From: Thermoanaerobaculia bacterium
Lineage (GTDB): Bacteria; Acidobacteriota; Thermoanaerobaculia; UBA5066
Assembly (NCBI GenBank): GCA_963816185.1
Contig: CAWFJJ010000029.1
Coordinates: 403,353 to 467,352, forward strand
Direction: 5' to 3'
Length of the DNA stretch: 64,000 nt
Shown: piece after piece, positions 40,165 to 50,304 of the stretch
Numbering within the stretch: position 1 is the first letter of the stretch
Layout: each line of letters opens with the position of its first letter
Made by a program: the position numbers and the translations under genes
The notes under the pieces: model-generated
The model's database searches: none
The model's input: only the letters and a program-made list of their open reading frames with translations
Told to the model about the DNA's origin: nothing

Positions 40165-41289
40165 ATGCGCCTAAGCGTGTCAAGAAAGCGCTGGACCTAT
40201 CTCGCCGCCGCGGTGGCCGGGACCTTCCTCATTGGTTCGGCGCTCCTGATTGGTGCGAAAGCGTTCGCCCCGCGCCCCGCCCCGCGCCCGGTCGTGCTTG
40301 CAAAGTACCGCGACGTCCGTGCGACGCTTCGGCTGTCGGGACGCGTCAAACCTCGAAAAGTCGCGGACGTGAAGTCGCCGGTATCAGGCAGACTAGTGAG
40401 GTTCCTAGTAGACGAAGGAATGACTGTTCGCCTGGGCGACGCGATTGCGGTGATTGAACCGGACCAAACACAGGCGCTCCTGATGGAGCAAGTCCGCGTG
40501 GACGTCCGATTGAAGCGCCTGACTCTGGAGCAGGCCGAGCGCAGCTACCAACGACTAGAGAGCTTGGGGGCTAGTGGCCTGGCTACTGCGGCCGATGTCG
40601 AGACCGCCCGCATCAGTTTCGACTCCGCGAGGGAGACGTTGGCCCTGGCGACTGCGCAGATGGCGATTCTGGAGCGCCAGACTCCCCAGAGTACGAATGC
40701 TTCAATAGGAGGCTTTCACGTCCTCGCGCCGGTATCAGGCACAGCCCTCCTTCAGCAGGTATCGCCTGGCGAGACGATTCTCGCGGGCACTGACGGATTG
40801 ACTAGTGGCGGTACCGTCCTGATGCGCATAGCCGATCTTTCCGAATATACCGTGCGAATCGATATAAACCAGATCGACGTTCTGCGGTTGCGCGTGGGCA
40901 TGCGTGCCGAGGTTCGCCCAGCCGGTCATCCCGGCGTGCTCCTCAAGGGGCACGTAACGCACGTGGGCGTTGAGGGCACTACCAGCCAAAACCTCACTAC
41001 CTATCGCGGCGCAATTGCACTTGACGAGCACGTTCCGCTGTTACCGGAAATGAGCTGCGATGTCGACGTCCTATTCGCGGACCGGCCAGGCGTGATTGCC
41101 ATTCCCCGAGCGGCGCTAATTCGAAACGCGAACGGTACGTTCGTATTAAAACAGGGCGCTGCAAGATCGACGCCTGTCTCCGTTGGCCTCGAAGGTGACG
41201 AGTTCGTCGAGATTACCGCCGGTGTTAACGCCGGTGATAACCTTACGATCGTCGCAGGTGGACTCAGTCCTGAACGGGCCGAACCATGA
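40165..41289 (+). CDS. efflux periplasmic adaptor, MacA-like
   Basis: N-terminal TM segment, V.SPVSGR, V.EG..V..GD, APVSG, IADLS. Confidence 0.85.
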   Translation: MRLSVSRKRWTYLAAAVAGTFLIGSALLIGAKAFAPRPAPRPVVLAKYRDVRATLRLSGRVKPRKVADVKSPVSGRLVRFLVDEGMTVRLGDAIAVIEPDQTQALLMEQVRVDVRLKRLTLEQAERSYQRLESLGASGLATAADVETARISFDSARETLALATAQMAILERQTPQSTNASIGGFHVLAPVSGTALLQQVSPGETILAGTDGLTSGGTVLMRIADLSEYTVRIDINQIDVLRLRVGMRAEVRPAGHPGVLLKGHVTHVGVEGTTSQNLTTYRGAIALDEHVPLLPEMSCDVDVLFADRPGVIAIPRAALIRNANGTFVLKQGAARSTPVSVGLEGDEFVEITAGVNAGDNLTIVAGGLSPERAEP

Positions 41290-42542
41290 TCGTTCTCGCG
41301 GTTCTCGAGGCAACGGTGGAAATGCGGCGGCATCCCCTTCGGACGCTGCTGACGTTGTCTGGAGTTATCATCGCGATAAGCACTGTTGTTGGCGTGGGTT
41401 CCATGCTCGGCTCGGCGCAGCGCCTCATCGGGCGTGTGCTATCCGAGACCGCCGGTTTGCGGAACATCACGATCACCTACAGGGAACAGCGCCGTCAAAA
41501 GGGTCGGTGGGTGCAGGCCCGGCTACCAAACCCCCTTTCTCTGGGGGACTCGGCGGCGGTTCGCGAAAGCCTGGGTCAACAGGTAGAACGCACGTCTTTG
41601 CAGGCAACGCTATCGGCGGTGATGACCCGCTCTGGGGCGATCGCGCGCGACGCGCGGGTATTGGCTGTCGAGCCGGAGTACTTTGAAATGTTCAATCGTC
41701 GCCTTTTAGCAGGCCGCCTCCTCGGCGCGGCAGATGTCAACGGGGCGAACCTCGTCGCCGTCATTGGTGAACACGCTGCCAAGGCGTTTTTCGGCGGCGA
41801 CGAGGTCGCAGGGGCGGAAGTGCGTTTGAACGACACGCGAGTCCTCGCTGTCGGCGTAGTCAGCGACGGTATGCTTGGAGAGGGGGAGGCCATTGACGTC
41901 TTCTTGCCGATATCGGCAGCCCGGTTTCGGTTTCCGACGCCGTCGGGCCGGACCGCCCCGACGTTTTTGCATGTGCAGACTGCCGAAGATGTCGATGTCG
42001 AGAGCTTCAAGACTACAGTGCTGGCGACAATTCTCGATCGCCATCCCGAATATGGCCGTGAGGACTTCGATATTTTGACAGCAGAGCGAGATCGGCGGCA
42101 AGCAGAGGATGCGATGGTTCTGATCGCGTTACTCTTCTCCGTCATCGCGGGTCTTTGCTTGCTTACCGGTGGTGTCGGCATAATGAACGTGCTGCTAGCA
42201 GCAGTCGTGGAGCGCACGCGGGATATTGGGATTCGCCGGGCGCTCGGAGCTCGCGCGCGCGATATCTTTCGGCAGGTTTTAGTTGAGTCCCTTTGTCTGA
42301 CCGGTCTAGGGGGACTTTTCGGAATCGGCCTAGGCTATCTTCTAGGGCATGCGTTAGCGGGCATTCTCAATTTAGTCATGAAGCTCGGCGAGGACACGCC
42401 ATTTCGACTCACACCCGCACTCGATTCGCGAATCCTTGTCTTGGCCGTCGTTACGAGTTTGTCTGTCGGAGTATTCTTTGGCTTGTATCCCGCGATTCGA
42501 GCGAGTCGCATGGAGCCGGCCGAGGCACTTAGGGTTGAATAG
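41286..42542 (+). CDS. MacB/FtsX-type ABC permease without ATPase domain
   Basis: LRTLLT..GVII, GGVGIMN, V.ERTRDIGIRRALGA, FFGLYPA.RAS...P.EALR.E. Confidence 0.88.
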   Translation: MIVLAVLEATVEMRRHPLRTLLTLSGVIIAISTVVGVGSMLGSAQRLIGRVLSETAGLRNITITYREQRRQKGRWVQARLPNPLSLGDSAAVRESLGQQVERTSLQATLSAVMTRSGAIARDARVLAVEPEYFEMFNRRLLAGRLLGAADVNGANLVAVIGEHAAKAFFGGDEVAGAEVRLNDTRVLAVGVVSDGMLGEGEAIDVFLPISAARFRFPTPSGRTAPTFLHVQTAEDVDVESFKTTVLATILDRHPEYGREDFDILTAERDRRQAEDAMVLIALLFSVIAGLCLLTGGVGIMNVLLAAVVERTRDIGIRRALGARARDIFRQVLVESLCLTGLGGLFGIGLGYLLGHALAGILNLVMKLGEDTPFRLTPALDSRILVLAVVTSLSVGVFFGLYPAIRASRMEPAEALRVE

Positions 42543-45500
42543 ACGGCGACGGACCCGAACGCCCACCATTAGGGTGTTGCCTCGCTCCCTCCAGTGGGAT
42601 GCATTGGGGGTTGCCGAACGCCTTTCGCTTTTGCGGGTCAGGAGAATACGATCGGCTGCGACGTTACAATCGATTCGCGCCGCACGCGAGATGATCGAGC
42701 GTGCGTTGCCCGTCGATTCTCGCGCTGCGGTCGCCGGATGGCTTGCAAGCGAAGGCGTGCCCGAGAACGACTTTCCTGCTGCACTTCGGTATCCGAAACG
42801 ATTGGCCTCTCTTTCTTTCAAGCCAAATCTTTGGCAGGACCTTCTCCTGCACGTTCTAGACCCATCGTTCATCCGCGCGGGTTTCAGCGACCAGCCTGCG
42901 GAGCCCAGAGATGGCGTGTTTTGTCTCTTGCGGCCGTTTACCTTTTGGGCTCGGCAGGAATTGCTTGATCCCGCATTCGCCTGGCCACGGGTATGGGTCC
43001 GTGATCGCGTGGCCCCCTGTCTCATTAACCTTCTTCTTCGCCGACTCGTCCAAAGCAGTCGTCGCACCCTTTACCTGGCGATCAATGTTGATCGCATGAA
43101 CGGAGTCTTGCTGGGTAGCGCACCGGAGGAGCGGCTCGCCTCTTTTCGCCGGCGCTATTCGGCGGACCCCGCGCGGCTCCGAAGGCTCTTCCTTCGCTAT
43201 CCCGTACTGAGTCGTCTCCTCGCCGTGCTTTGTCTGAGCTGGCGACGGAACATCACAGCGTTGATAACCGCATATCAGCGCGACCGAAAAGAGTGCGTGA
43301 GCAAAATACTGGAGGGGCGTGACCCGGGCAACGTTACCGGAATTTACGCCCTCGGTTCAGACCCTCACAACCACGGGGCAGAGGTTCTGCTACTTGTGCA
43401 CGAGGCGGGCAAGTTAATCTTCAAACCCAGAAGCCTCGAGGTCGACCAGGCGTTTCAGAAGGTGGTAGAGTGGCTTAACAGTCAGGGCGTATCGCCCCAG
43501 CTACGACCCCTGCGGGTGGTCACCAACAAGTCGCGGGGATGGATGGAGTACGTCGAACACGACGGAACCGATGCCGCTGGCGCAGAGCGTTTCTATTTTC
43601 GTCAGGGCGTCTATTTGGCGCTGCTGCACTTATTATACGCGACCGACCTGCACGCAGAGAATCTAATCGCTGCCGGCGAGCACCCATATCTCATCGACCT
43701 CGAGGCAGTTCTTCATGCGAGACCGGAACTCGGCCGAATACCTGGCCTTGCTGAGAGAGCTCTCGCAGAATCTGTTATGCGGGTGGGTCTGCTTCCAAGC
43801 TGGTTCGCGTCTGCGGCTGATCGACCGGGCGTCGACATTAGTGGCCTCGGCAATCCGGAGGGGCAGCACTACGGACGTGACGCTGACAGCATCGATGACA
43901 CCGTAGCCGACGAGCCTAGAATTGTTAGACGCCGCGTGGCCGTTGACGTCAAGAAGAACCGAGCGGCTGTTGGCGGGGTGCCAGCGGACGTGTGTGACTA
44001 TGAGGGCGCCTTGGTCGCGGGCTTTCAAAGTGCCGCGGCATTGGTGCTTTCGAAGAAGGATGAGTTTCTCGCGGTTCTCGAAACATTTCAAGAGGTGGAG
44101 GTAAGACAGGTTCTGCGACCGACTATCTTTTATGCAGACGCGTTGTCAAAGGCCGCACACCCGGATTACCTCCGTGACGGCGTCGCGCAGGATCTATTCT
44201 ACTCGAGACTCTGGGTTATCGGGCTTCATCAAGACATGTATAAGCGCATAGCGCTAGCTGAGTTGAGGGATCTGCGCGAGGGAGACGTTCCGAAGTTTAC
44301 GACGACGCCTACTTCAATGGACCTTCGAGACAGCACGGGCGCTGTCATCAAGGCGTACAATTCGGTCCCGGCGATGCAACGGGCAAGGGCTCGGATAGTC
44401 GCTCTCACAAGTGGAGATATCGCTCGCCAGGTGACCATCATTCACAGCTCTCTAGTCGGACTGCGACAGGCCTCTAGCCGCACGACGCAGAAACGTAGCA
44501 CGCCGGGGCCTAGGGAATCGCTTGATCCCGGCAGCGGTGTGCTGCCGGCTGAGGCCTTCGTCGCTGAGGCGGTAGCAATCGGACGGGAACTGGTTTCGCT
44601 GGCGATTGAGGAAGATGGAGTTGTAGATTGGCTGACCCTGAAGGAAACGCGCGATCAGCTCCACATCGTTCCCGCGGGTACCGACGTCTACTCCGGAAGT
44701 AGCGGCATAGCTCTGTTTCTGGCATACTTAGATAGTGTTCGCGCAACTGATGAGTTCCGCCCGTTTTGTAGGCGCATAGTCGAGTCCTTAAGGATAGCGA
44801 TTCGCTCACAGGAGTTAGACTGGGGGGGGGCCTTCTGTGGCCTTGGATCCACGCTGTACGCGTTACACCACATAGCCGTCTTGACACGCGACGCGACTCT
44901 GTTTGCCGACGTGCTGGAAGCCGCGAAAGTCCTCGTCCAGCGGACGGACGACGTCCTACTGGATCTGCTGAGTGGTTCTGCTGGATTGCTGAGAGTCCTC
45001 TTGGGGCTGTATCGCGAGAGTGGAGAGAGGTTTCTTTTGGATGGCGCAATCCGCTTCGGCGAAAAGCTTCGAGACACTTCCCAACGGCAGGAGAGCGGCG
45101 TCGGCTGGCAGCGACCGTGGATCGATTCAACAGCTCCTCTGACTGGCGCCTCTCATGGCGCGGCTGGTATTTCGTGGGCCTTACTTCACCTGGAGGCAGT
45201 TACGTCGCAGACACGTTTCGGTGAGATCGGCCGCGCCGGGTTGGTATACGAGGATAGTGTATATTCGGAGGCAGAGAAGAATTGGCCGGATTTCAGAGTC
45301 TCCTTAGATCAAGAGCGACCAACAAGTGTGCCGTTTCAATGGGCTTGGTGCCACGGCGCGCCGGGCATTCTGCTAACCCGAGTGACACTACCCGCAAAGG
45401 ATGTTCTAACGCGGAAGACGATCGAGGTTCTGGATTTGCTCGCAGCTATGCCACTTGCCGAGTGCGACTGCATTTGCCACGGGGAGTTGGGGAACGTTGA

Positions 45501-45750
45501 GGCACTGGTCGTCGCGGGGCGTAGATGGCGGCGGCCAGAGTATCTTCTGAGCGCGTGCCGACGAGCGAGCGCGGTTCTGCGGCGTCGCATTCGGGATGGC
45601 CGTTGGCGCTGCAGCGTGGCGAACGAGACTCTGCCCGGTATGTTCTTGGGACTCGCCGGTATGGGGTTTCAGTTGCTCCGCATCACGCACCCCGATGTTG
45701 TTCCGTCCATTCTTTCAGTTGCCCCACCGAGAGGTCACGTTCGTCTATAG
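42535..45750 (+). CDS. lanM: class II lanthipeptide synthetase
   Basis: Dehydratase motifs GSDPHNHG, FKPRS, GWMEYV, TDLHAEN, IDLE, GDVP. Cyclase motifs YSG.SGIALF, GASHGAAG, WCHGAPG, CICHG. Start uncertain (TTG 42535 or ATG 42691). Confidence 0.93.
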   Translation: MNRRRRTRTPTIRVLPRSLQWDALGVAERLSLLRVRRIRSAATLQSIRAAREMIERALPVDSRAAVAGWLASEGVPENDFPAALRYPKRLASLSFKPNLWQDLLLHVLDPSFIRAGFSDQPAEPRDGVFCLLRPFTFWARQELLDPAFAWPRVWVRDRVAPCLINLLLRRLVQSSRRTLYLAINVDRMNGVLLGSAPEERLASFRRRYSADPARLRRLFLRYPVLSRLLAVLCLSWRRNITALITAYQRDRKECVSKILEGRDPGNVTGIYALGSDPHNHGAEVLLLVHEAGKLIFKPRSLEVDQAFQKVVEWLNSQGVSPQLRPLRVVTNKSRGWMEYVEHDGTDAAGAERFYFRQGVYLALLHLLYATDLHAENLIAAGEHPYLIDLEAVLHARPELGRIPGLAERALAESVMRVGLLPSWFASAADRPGVDISGLGNPEGQHYGRDADSIDDTVADEPRIVRRRVAVDVKKNRAAVGGVPADVCDYEGALVAGFQSAAALVLSKKDEFLAVLETFQEVEVRQVLRPTIFYADALSKAAHPDYLRDGVAQDLFYSRLWVIGLHQDMYKRIALAELRDLREGDVPKFTTTPTSMDLRDSTGAVIKAYNSVPAMQRARARIVALTSGDIARQVTIIHSSLVGLRQASSRTTQKRSTPGPRESLDPGSGVLPAEAFVAEAVAIGRELVSLAIEEDGVVDWLTLKETRDQLHIVPAGTDVYSGSSGIALFLAYLDSVRATDEFRPFCRRIVESLRIAIRSQELDWGGAFCGLGSTLYALHHIAVLTRDATLFADVLEAAKVLVQRTDDVLLDLLSGSAGLLRVLLGLYRESGERFLLDGAIRFGEKLRDTSQRQESGVGWQRPWIDSTAPLTGASHGAAGISWALLHLEAVTSQTRFGEIGRAGLVYEDSVYSEAEKNWPDFRVSLDQERPTSVPFQWAWCHGAPGILLTRVTLPAKDVLTRKTIEVLDLLAAMPLAECDCICHGELGNVEALVVAGRRWRRPEYLLSACRRASAVLRRRIRDGRWRCSVANETLPGMFLGLAGMGFQLLRITHPDVVPSILSVAPPRGHVRL

Positions 45751-46321
45751 TCTGCTCTGGAAAATCTCCTTCCCATCTCTTAGGTTCATCTCAATGGAGT
45801 CGCGCCCGGTTAGACGAGAGCGCCTCTCGCAGCATAGGTTCCGAAGCCTTCAAGAGGCTCAGGAGATCGGCGGAAGATCGAGGGACGAGTACAACACGAA
45901 AGACCCGACAGCAGTCTGGATCTCAAGACGCCGGCCCAAGTCAGGGCCGGACAAACCGAGGCCACGAACGGAAGCGAAGCCCGAAACGTCGCGGAGCTAC
46001 CTGGCTAGGAATGAATGAATGAGGACCCAGCTGATCGTCGGCATCACCAGGGTGAGACGTCCATCCAGGGAGCGTCTCGCATGCATGGTTTGACGTGGCC
46101 GAGTTCTAGGAGTAGCGGGCGTTTCTTCTTCGTCGGCGCCCGAGCGCGAGCTTTGCTCGCGGGATCTGGGTGTCAGCTCGCGGCACGCCGCGACTCAAGC
46201 CCCAGCCGGCGCCCGCCCGACAGAGCCACCGCTTTGAGGCGGAGGCTATCGGACTCAGCGTTCCGGGAGAATCTCCCTTATGAACGTCACCAGCGTGTGG
46301 CGTGATTTCGGGGGAACATTA

Positions 46322-46636
46322 CTAGCACTGCGGTCCACTGACAGTTTGACACTCGTAATCGTGTACGCAGGCCGTCCTGAAACAGAAATTCGGATTGCAA
46401 GTATCCCCGCAGGACTGACCAAGCGTGCCGCATGGATCCGTGCAGATCAGTACGCTACAAAGGCGGGTCGTGCAACCTCCACCAAAGGTGATTCCGCCGA
46501 CAGCTATGGCGAGTTCGTCTTCGTCAGGTGACGGCAAGCCCGCCGGATTCGCCGGAATCCCCGCGAGAGCCTTTTCACTTAGAGTGCTGCGAAAACCGGG
46601 ATCTGTCCAAGCCCGAACGATCGTCCGACGACTCAT
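46322..46636 (-). CDS. lanA: lanthipeptide precursor, mersacidin/lichenicidin-type leader, 56-aa Cys/Thr-rich core
   Basis: AAGGAGG Shine-Dalgarno; leader IVRAWTDPGFR..L......PANPAG....ELAIAVGG (48 aa); core with 10 Cys, 8 Thr, 3 Ser. Confidence 0.92.
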   Translation of the reverse strand: MSRRTIVRAWTDPGFRSTLSEKALAGIPANPAGLPSPDEDELAIAVGGITFGGGCTTRLCSVLICTDPCGTLGQSCGDTCNPNFCFRTACVHDYECQTVSGPQC

Positions 46637-46670
46637 AGTATCCTCCTTCTGTCGGATCTGACTTGCCGAG

Positions 46671-46699
46671 AACTTATGGCCTCCAGTGCCCCTTGTCAA
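46671..46699 (-). promoter_or_regulatory. sigma70-type promoter for the precursor gene
   Basis: On the minus strand TTGACA-17 nt-TAAGTT, about 35 nt upstream of the ATG. Confidence 0.65.
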
Positions 46700-46940
46700 G
46701 CCTCCTAGATTGCGGGTAGTGTCTCAGTTCGACTTCCGGGGCTTCCGCCCGTACTTCGAGGCTCGCGGCGCCGGAATTACGGTCCATCGCGGCGTCCGGA
46801 GACCAGAGCCTGCCTCTACTCTCTTGCTTGGCGCCAGCGCAAGTCGGCCCACTCCAGGAGATTCGGAGATCTTACTCAAAACGGTGAAGATGTTATTCAA
46901 CAAAATCAAGCACTCCTTCGACCACTCTTCCCTGTCGTAC

Positions 46941-46979
46941 GCGCCACAGACCCCCGGCAATTCCCATTGCGCCCCTACA
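46941..46979 (-). repeat. IS481-like terminal repeat copy
   Basis: gcgccacagacccccggcaattcccattgcgcccctaca. Confidence 0.85.
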
Positions 46980-47102
46980 CTGGCTGGCTTCTATCGTAAC
47001 TCGCATGCAGGGCGCGCCCGCAGTTCTCGACGACTCAGACGAGCCCCGCTGCGCGGCGTCCGGTGTAATCGCTAGTTGGGCGGCGTCGCACCGCGCCTGC
47101 GG

Positions 47103-47543
<441 letters not shown>

Positions 47544-47590
47544 CGCATCGCTCCTTTTCTCCCTATGTTCGTCACTGCGACACGATAGCC

Positions 47591-47649
47591 ACCTAACGAT
47601 ATCCAGCTCAGCCGCGGGCGTAGCGAGTCCGTCGCAACGAGGGTTTGAC
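47591..47649 (-). other. attC site
   Basis: Minus strand GTCAAAC...GTTAGGT, 59 bp, palindromic core of the same family as the other sites. Confidence 0.8.
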
Positions 47650-47674
47650 GCCCGCGGTCTCTGTCTCGAAGGCG

Positions 47675-48091
47675 CTACTTCTTGGCGACATCGCTGTTCT
47701 TACGGAACCAGATGAGTTCGATGAGAGCGCCGTTGTCAACGATCATGGCTGCTCGGACTCCCTCGGACGGAGACCCCGGAGGAGAGATGACTTCTTGACC
47801 CTCGAGCGCCGCCTCCAGGTCGTCGACCTCGAATGCCACATGAGGCATGGTCTTGATGAGCTCGTGCAGGGGGCTGGACCTGTCGAACCGCACGCCATAC
47901 GGACTGGTGCTGAAGCCAGACACGTGGAGGCCAAACTGTGCGAGGTGAGTCTCGCCTGGGTGCTCCACGTCGGTGGGGATGCCCATATGGTGGTAGCGCC
48001 AGCCGCGTTTCGCGATTACCGCCGGGGGCTCATGACTGAGCCGACACTCCGTGGGCGGACTTTCGGGGCCAGGAACTGGTGCGTCCGTCAT
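47675..48091 (-). CDS. VOC/glyoxalase-like cassette protein
   Basis: YHHMGIPT, PHVAFEVDDL, GALIEL. Confidence 0.7.
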   Translation of the reverse strand: MTDAPVPGPESPPTECRLSHEPPAVIAKRGWRYHHMGIPTDVEHPGETHLAQFGLHVSGFSTSPYGVRFDRSSPLHELIKTMPHVAFEVDDLEAALEGQEVISPPGSPSEGVRAAMIVDNGALIELIWFRKNSDVAKK

Positions 48092-48113
48092 TGATGCCTC
48101 GCTAAGTTCGGGC

Positions 48114-48173
48114 GCCTAACGATATCAAACTCAGCGGCGAGCGCAGCGAGAACGCTGCGGCGCGTTGTTAGGC
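48114..48173 (-). other. attC site
   Basis: Minus strand GCCTAAC-aacgcgccgcagcgttctcgctgcgctcgccgctgagtttgatatc-GTTAGGC, 60 bp. Confidence 0.9.
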
Positions 48174-48188
48174 GCCGCCCAATGAAGA

Positions 48189-48734
48189 CTAGTCGGACAC
48201 ATAGATGTGAACCCAGCGGCCACTATGGAGGAAATAGGCCATAGCAGCCGACTCGATTTTGCCGAAATAGAAACCCGGCCGCTTCGTGCTGAGCTGCTCC
48301 AAGGCGCTCGGTTCTGGAACGAAGTCATATGCCTCGGTATGCCGGTAGATGCCAGGCGGCGCTATTTCCACGTACGGGTTATCGTGAGAGCCGTCCCACT
48401 CGCGAAGGGACGCGAGACTCCAGCCGGCAGATCGGTGAAGCGCCACGACAAGACGAAAACGCCGACCCTTCTTGGACGGAAGGACGAGAACCCTGTCGAC
48501 ACGGCCGTCACCATCGAAGTCAGCGCTTGCGACGAGCAGACACGTATTGCCGCCATGCTCGCTGAAGGCACGTCGGTCCTCCTCTGGCGTGTCCGCTGAT
48601 GTCGAAACTCTGTCGTTCCTGAACCGCCGTTCGACAGCCTGACGTAGCTCGTTCGGTAGCATTGCTTCGCAGGGGTCCGCAGCGACCAGGGGTCTTGAGG
48701 CGATGAGGAGGGCAAGAAGCGAAAGGCGTTTCAT
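48189..48734 (-). CDS. secreted hypothetical cassette protein
   Basis: Signal peptide, ADFDGDGRVD loop; bounded by attC sites. Confidence 0.75.
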   Translation of the reverse strand: MKRLSLLALLIASRPLVAADPCEAMLPNELRQAVERRFRNDRVSTSADTPEEDRRAFSEHGGNTCLLVASADFDGDGRVDRVLVLPSKKGRRFRLVVALHRSAGWSLASLREWDGSHDNPYVEIAPPGIYRHTEAYDFVPEPSALEQLSTKRPGFYFGKIESAAMAYFLHSGRWVHIYVSD

Positions 48735-48741
48735 TTGCGGC

Positions 48742-48801
48742 GTCTAACGATATCAAGCTCAGCGGCGAGCGTAGCGAGTCCGCTGCAGCCCGTTGTTCGG
48801 C
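48742..48801 (-). other. attC site
   Basis: Minus strand GCCGAAC...GTTAGAC, 60 bp. Confidence 0.88.
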
Positions 48802-48858
48802 GGCGTCGGCCGTGCCGCTGATCGAATATCAGGTCGCCTCGATTCTGTTCACCGAGCG

Positions 48859-49185
48859 TCAGTAGTGTGCTGGGTAATAGACCCTCTCGAAGTAATAGAG
48901 GATGCAAAACGCTAGGAGTAAAACGGCGACTGGTAATATCAATAGCCGTGCGCTCCGCATAGGCCGCGTCCAGTCCGCCGTTGCGAAAAAGAGGACACTC
49001 ATCGGCACGAACGCTACAATCGACAGTTGGAAAATATGCGCGCCCGTACCTTCGTCTGGTGTGGGCGGCGGAATGTGCCCGGTGAGGACCGCACGCCACG
49101 CGAATGGAAGCACGGTCAATAAGGCCGTAAGGGACAGAGCGACCAGCCCGAGTGTGCTAAGGCGATTCAATCGCTGCGAACGCAT
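48859..49185 (-). CDS. small membrane cassette protein
   Basis: Three TM segments, DEGTGAHIFQL motif. Confidence 0.7.
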   Translation of the reverse strand: MRSQRLNRLSTLGLVALSLTALLTVLPFAWRAVLTGHIPPPTPDEGTGAHIFQLSIVAFVPMSVLFFATADWTRPMRSARLLILPVAVLLLAFCILYYFERVYYPAHY

Positions 49186-49250
49186 GGCACCGCTTCCTTT
49201 GAGGCTCTCCGGTTTCGTTTTCGAGGATCAGCCTACGACCCTCTTCTGCC

Positions 49251-49310
49251 GCCTAACGATATCAAGCTCCGCGGCGAGCGCAGCGAGTCCGCTGCAGCGC
49301 GGTGTCGGGC
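49251..49310 (-). other. attC site
   Basis: Minus strand GCCCGAC...GTTAGGC, 60 bp. Confidence 0.85.
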
Positions 49311-49322
49311 CACCGAACCGAG

Positions 49323-49706
49323 CTACTGGGCCCTTGGCTTTACCACGCCGTTCTTGCTGTACGCGAGCTTTCCGCCTGCCCAGACCTTGACCACGTAGCT
49401 TCCACTCGCACAGCCAGGCCCGGCATTAAAGGTGCCCTCGACCTTGCGGTCTGATTCCACGCTCGAGATGTTTACCTGCTGGCCTGCCTTCACGGCGAGG
49501 CTGGGCGCCGCGAGAACCTGATTCGATTGAGGGTCGCGAATCTCCGCGCTGATGAGGCACGCGCCGCTCTGTTTGACAGCCTGCGTGATTGTCGCCACGA
49601 CCTTCGGTTCAGGCGTAGCCGGGGCTTCAGCCGCGAGCGTGAAGGAACACAGCGCGATACCGAGAACAGGTGTGGTGAGGGCGTGGCGACGTGTGATCCT
49701 TGGCAT
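49323..49706 (-). CDS. secreted hypothetical cassette protein
   Basis: AAGGAG Shine-Dalgarno, signal peptide, stop codon 12 nt before attC. Confidence 0.7.
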   Translation of the reverse strand: MPRITRRHALTTPVLGIALCSFTLAAEAPATPEPKVVATITQAVKQSGACLISAEIRDPQSNQVLAAPSLAVKAGQQVNISSVESDRKVEGTFNAGPGCASGSYVVKVWAGGKLAYSKNGVVKPRAQ

Positions 49707-49745
49707 GGCGAGCTCCTTTCGAGATTCGCGATCCGCTTCGGTGGT

Positions 49746-49925
49746 CTAAGACGGGGGCCGTTCCAGAACGCCCTGCAGCTCCTCCTCGCTGACGCCGTAC
49801 GTCGTGGCCCGCTTCACGATGGTGTCCCGGTCGATGCATCGATGGCCGAGCCTCCCCGCGAGGCATTCCGCGAGGGCTTTTCCTCCGCTGAAGGAGCCCC
49901 GGGAGACGGTGATGACGGACACTGT
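49746..49925 (-). pseudogene. cytidylate kinase-like family N-terminal fragment
   Basis: VITVSRGSFSGGK.LA..LA..LG..CIDR, then a premature stop. Confidence 0.6.
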
Positions 49926-49996
49926 GGCTGCGAACTGACGATGCATTCCGGCGCCCGGCCTGTCAATGGGGCGACGTGACAGCGCTCCAGCTATAT

Positions 49997-50206
49997 CTAC
50001 TTCTTCTCGCTCCGGTTTCCGGGATCGGCCGAAGCGTTCGAGTCGGCCGCGTTCGCCCCCGTCTCTGCGTTCTTGATCGCTTCCTTGAAACCTCGGATCC
50101 CCTCTCCGAGGCTCTTGCCGATCTGAGGAATCTTTTGCGGTCCGAAAACGAGCATCGCAATGACCGCAATGAGAAGAAGATGCATCGGCTGAAGCAGGCC
50201 TTCGAA
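49997..50206 (-). CDS. tatA: twin-arginine translocase TatA/E subunit, copy 1
   Basis: MFEGLLQPMHLLLI..LVFGPQKIPQIGKSLGEGIRGFK. Confidence 0.85.
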   Translation of the reverse strand, partial: FEGLLQPMHLLLIAVIAMLVFGPQKIPQIGKSLGEGIRGFKEAIKNAETGANAADSNASADPGNRSEKK

Positions 50207-50304
50207 CATAAGACTCCCTCTGCCCACTGGGCGGGGTCATGATATCTACATCAAAACCCGCGCTTCTCTGATTCATTCGAATCAGACAGACGTACTTTGT
50301 TTTG

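Noticed and set aside
45751-46321. Additional precursor peptides between lanM and lanA
   Set aside because: The listed ORFs lack a double-glycine leader or Cys/Thr-rich core; I found no second precursor.
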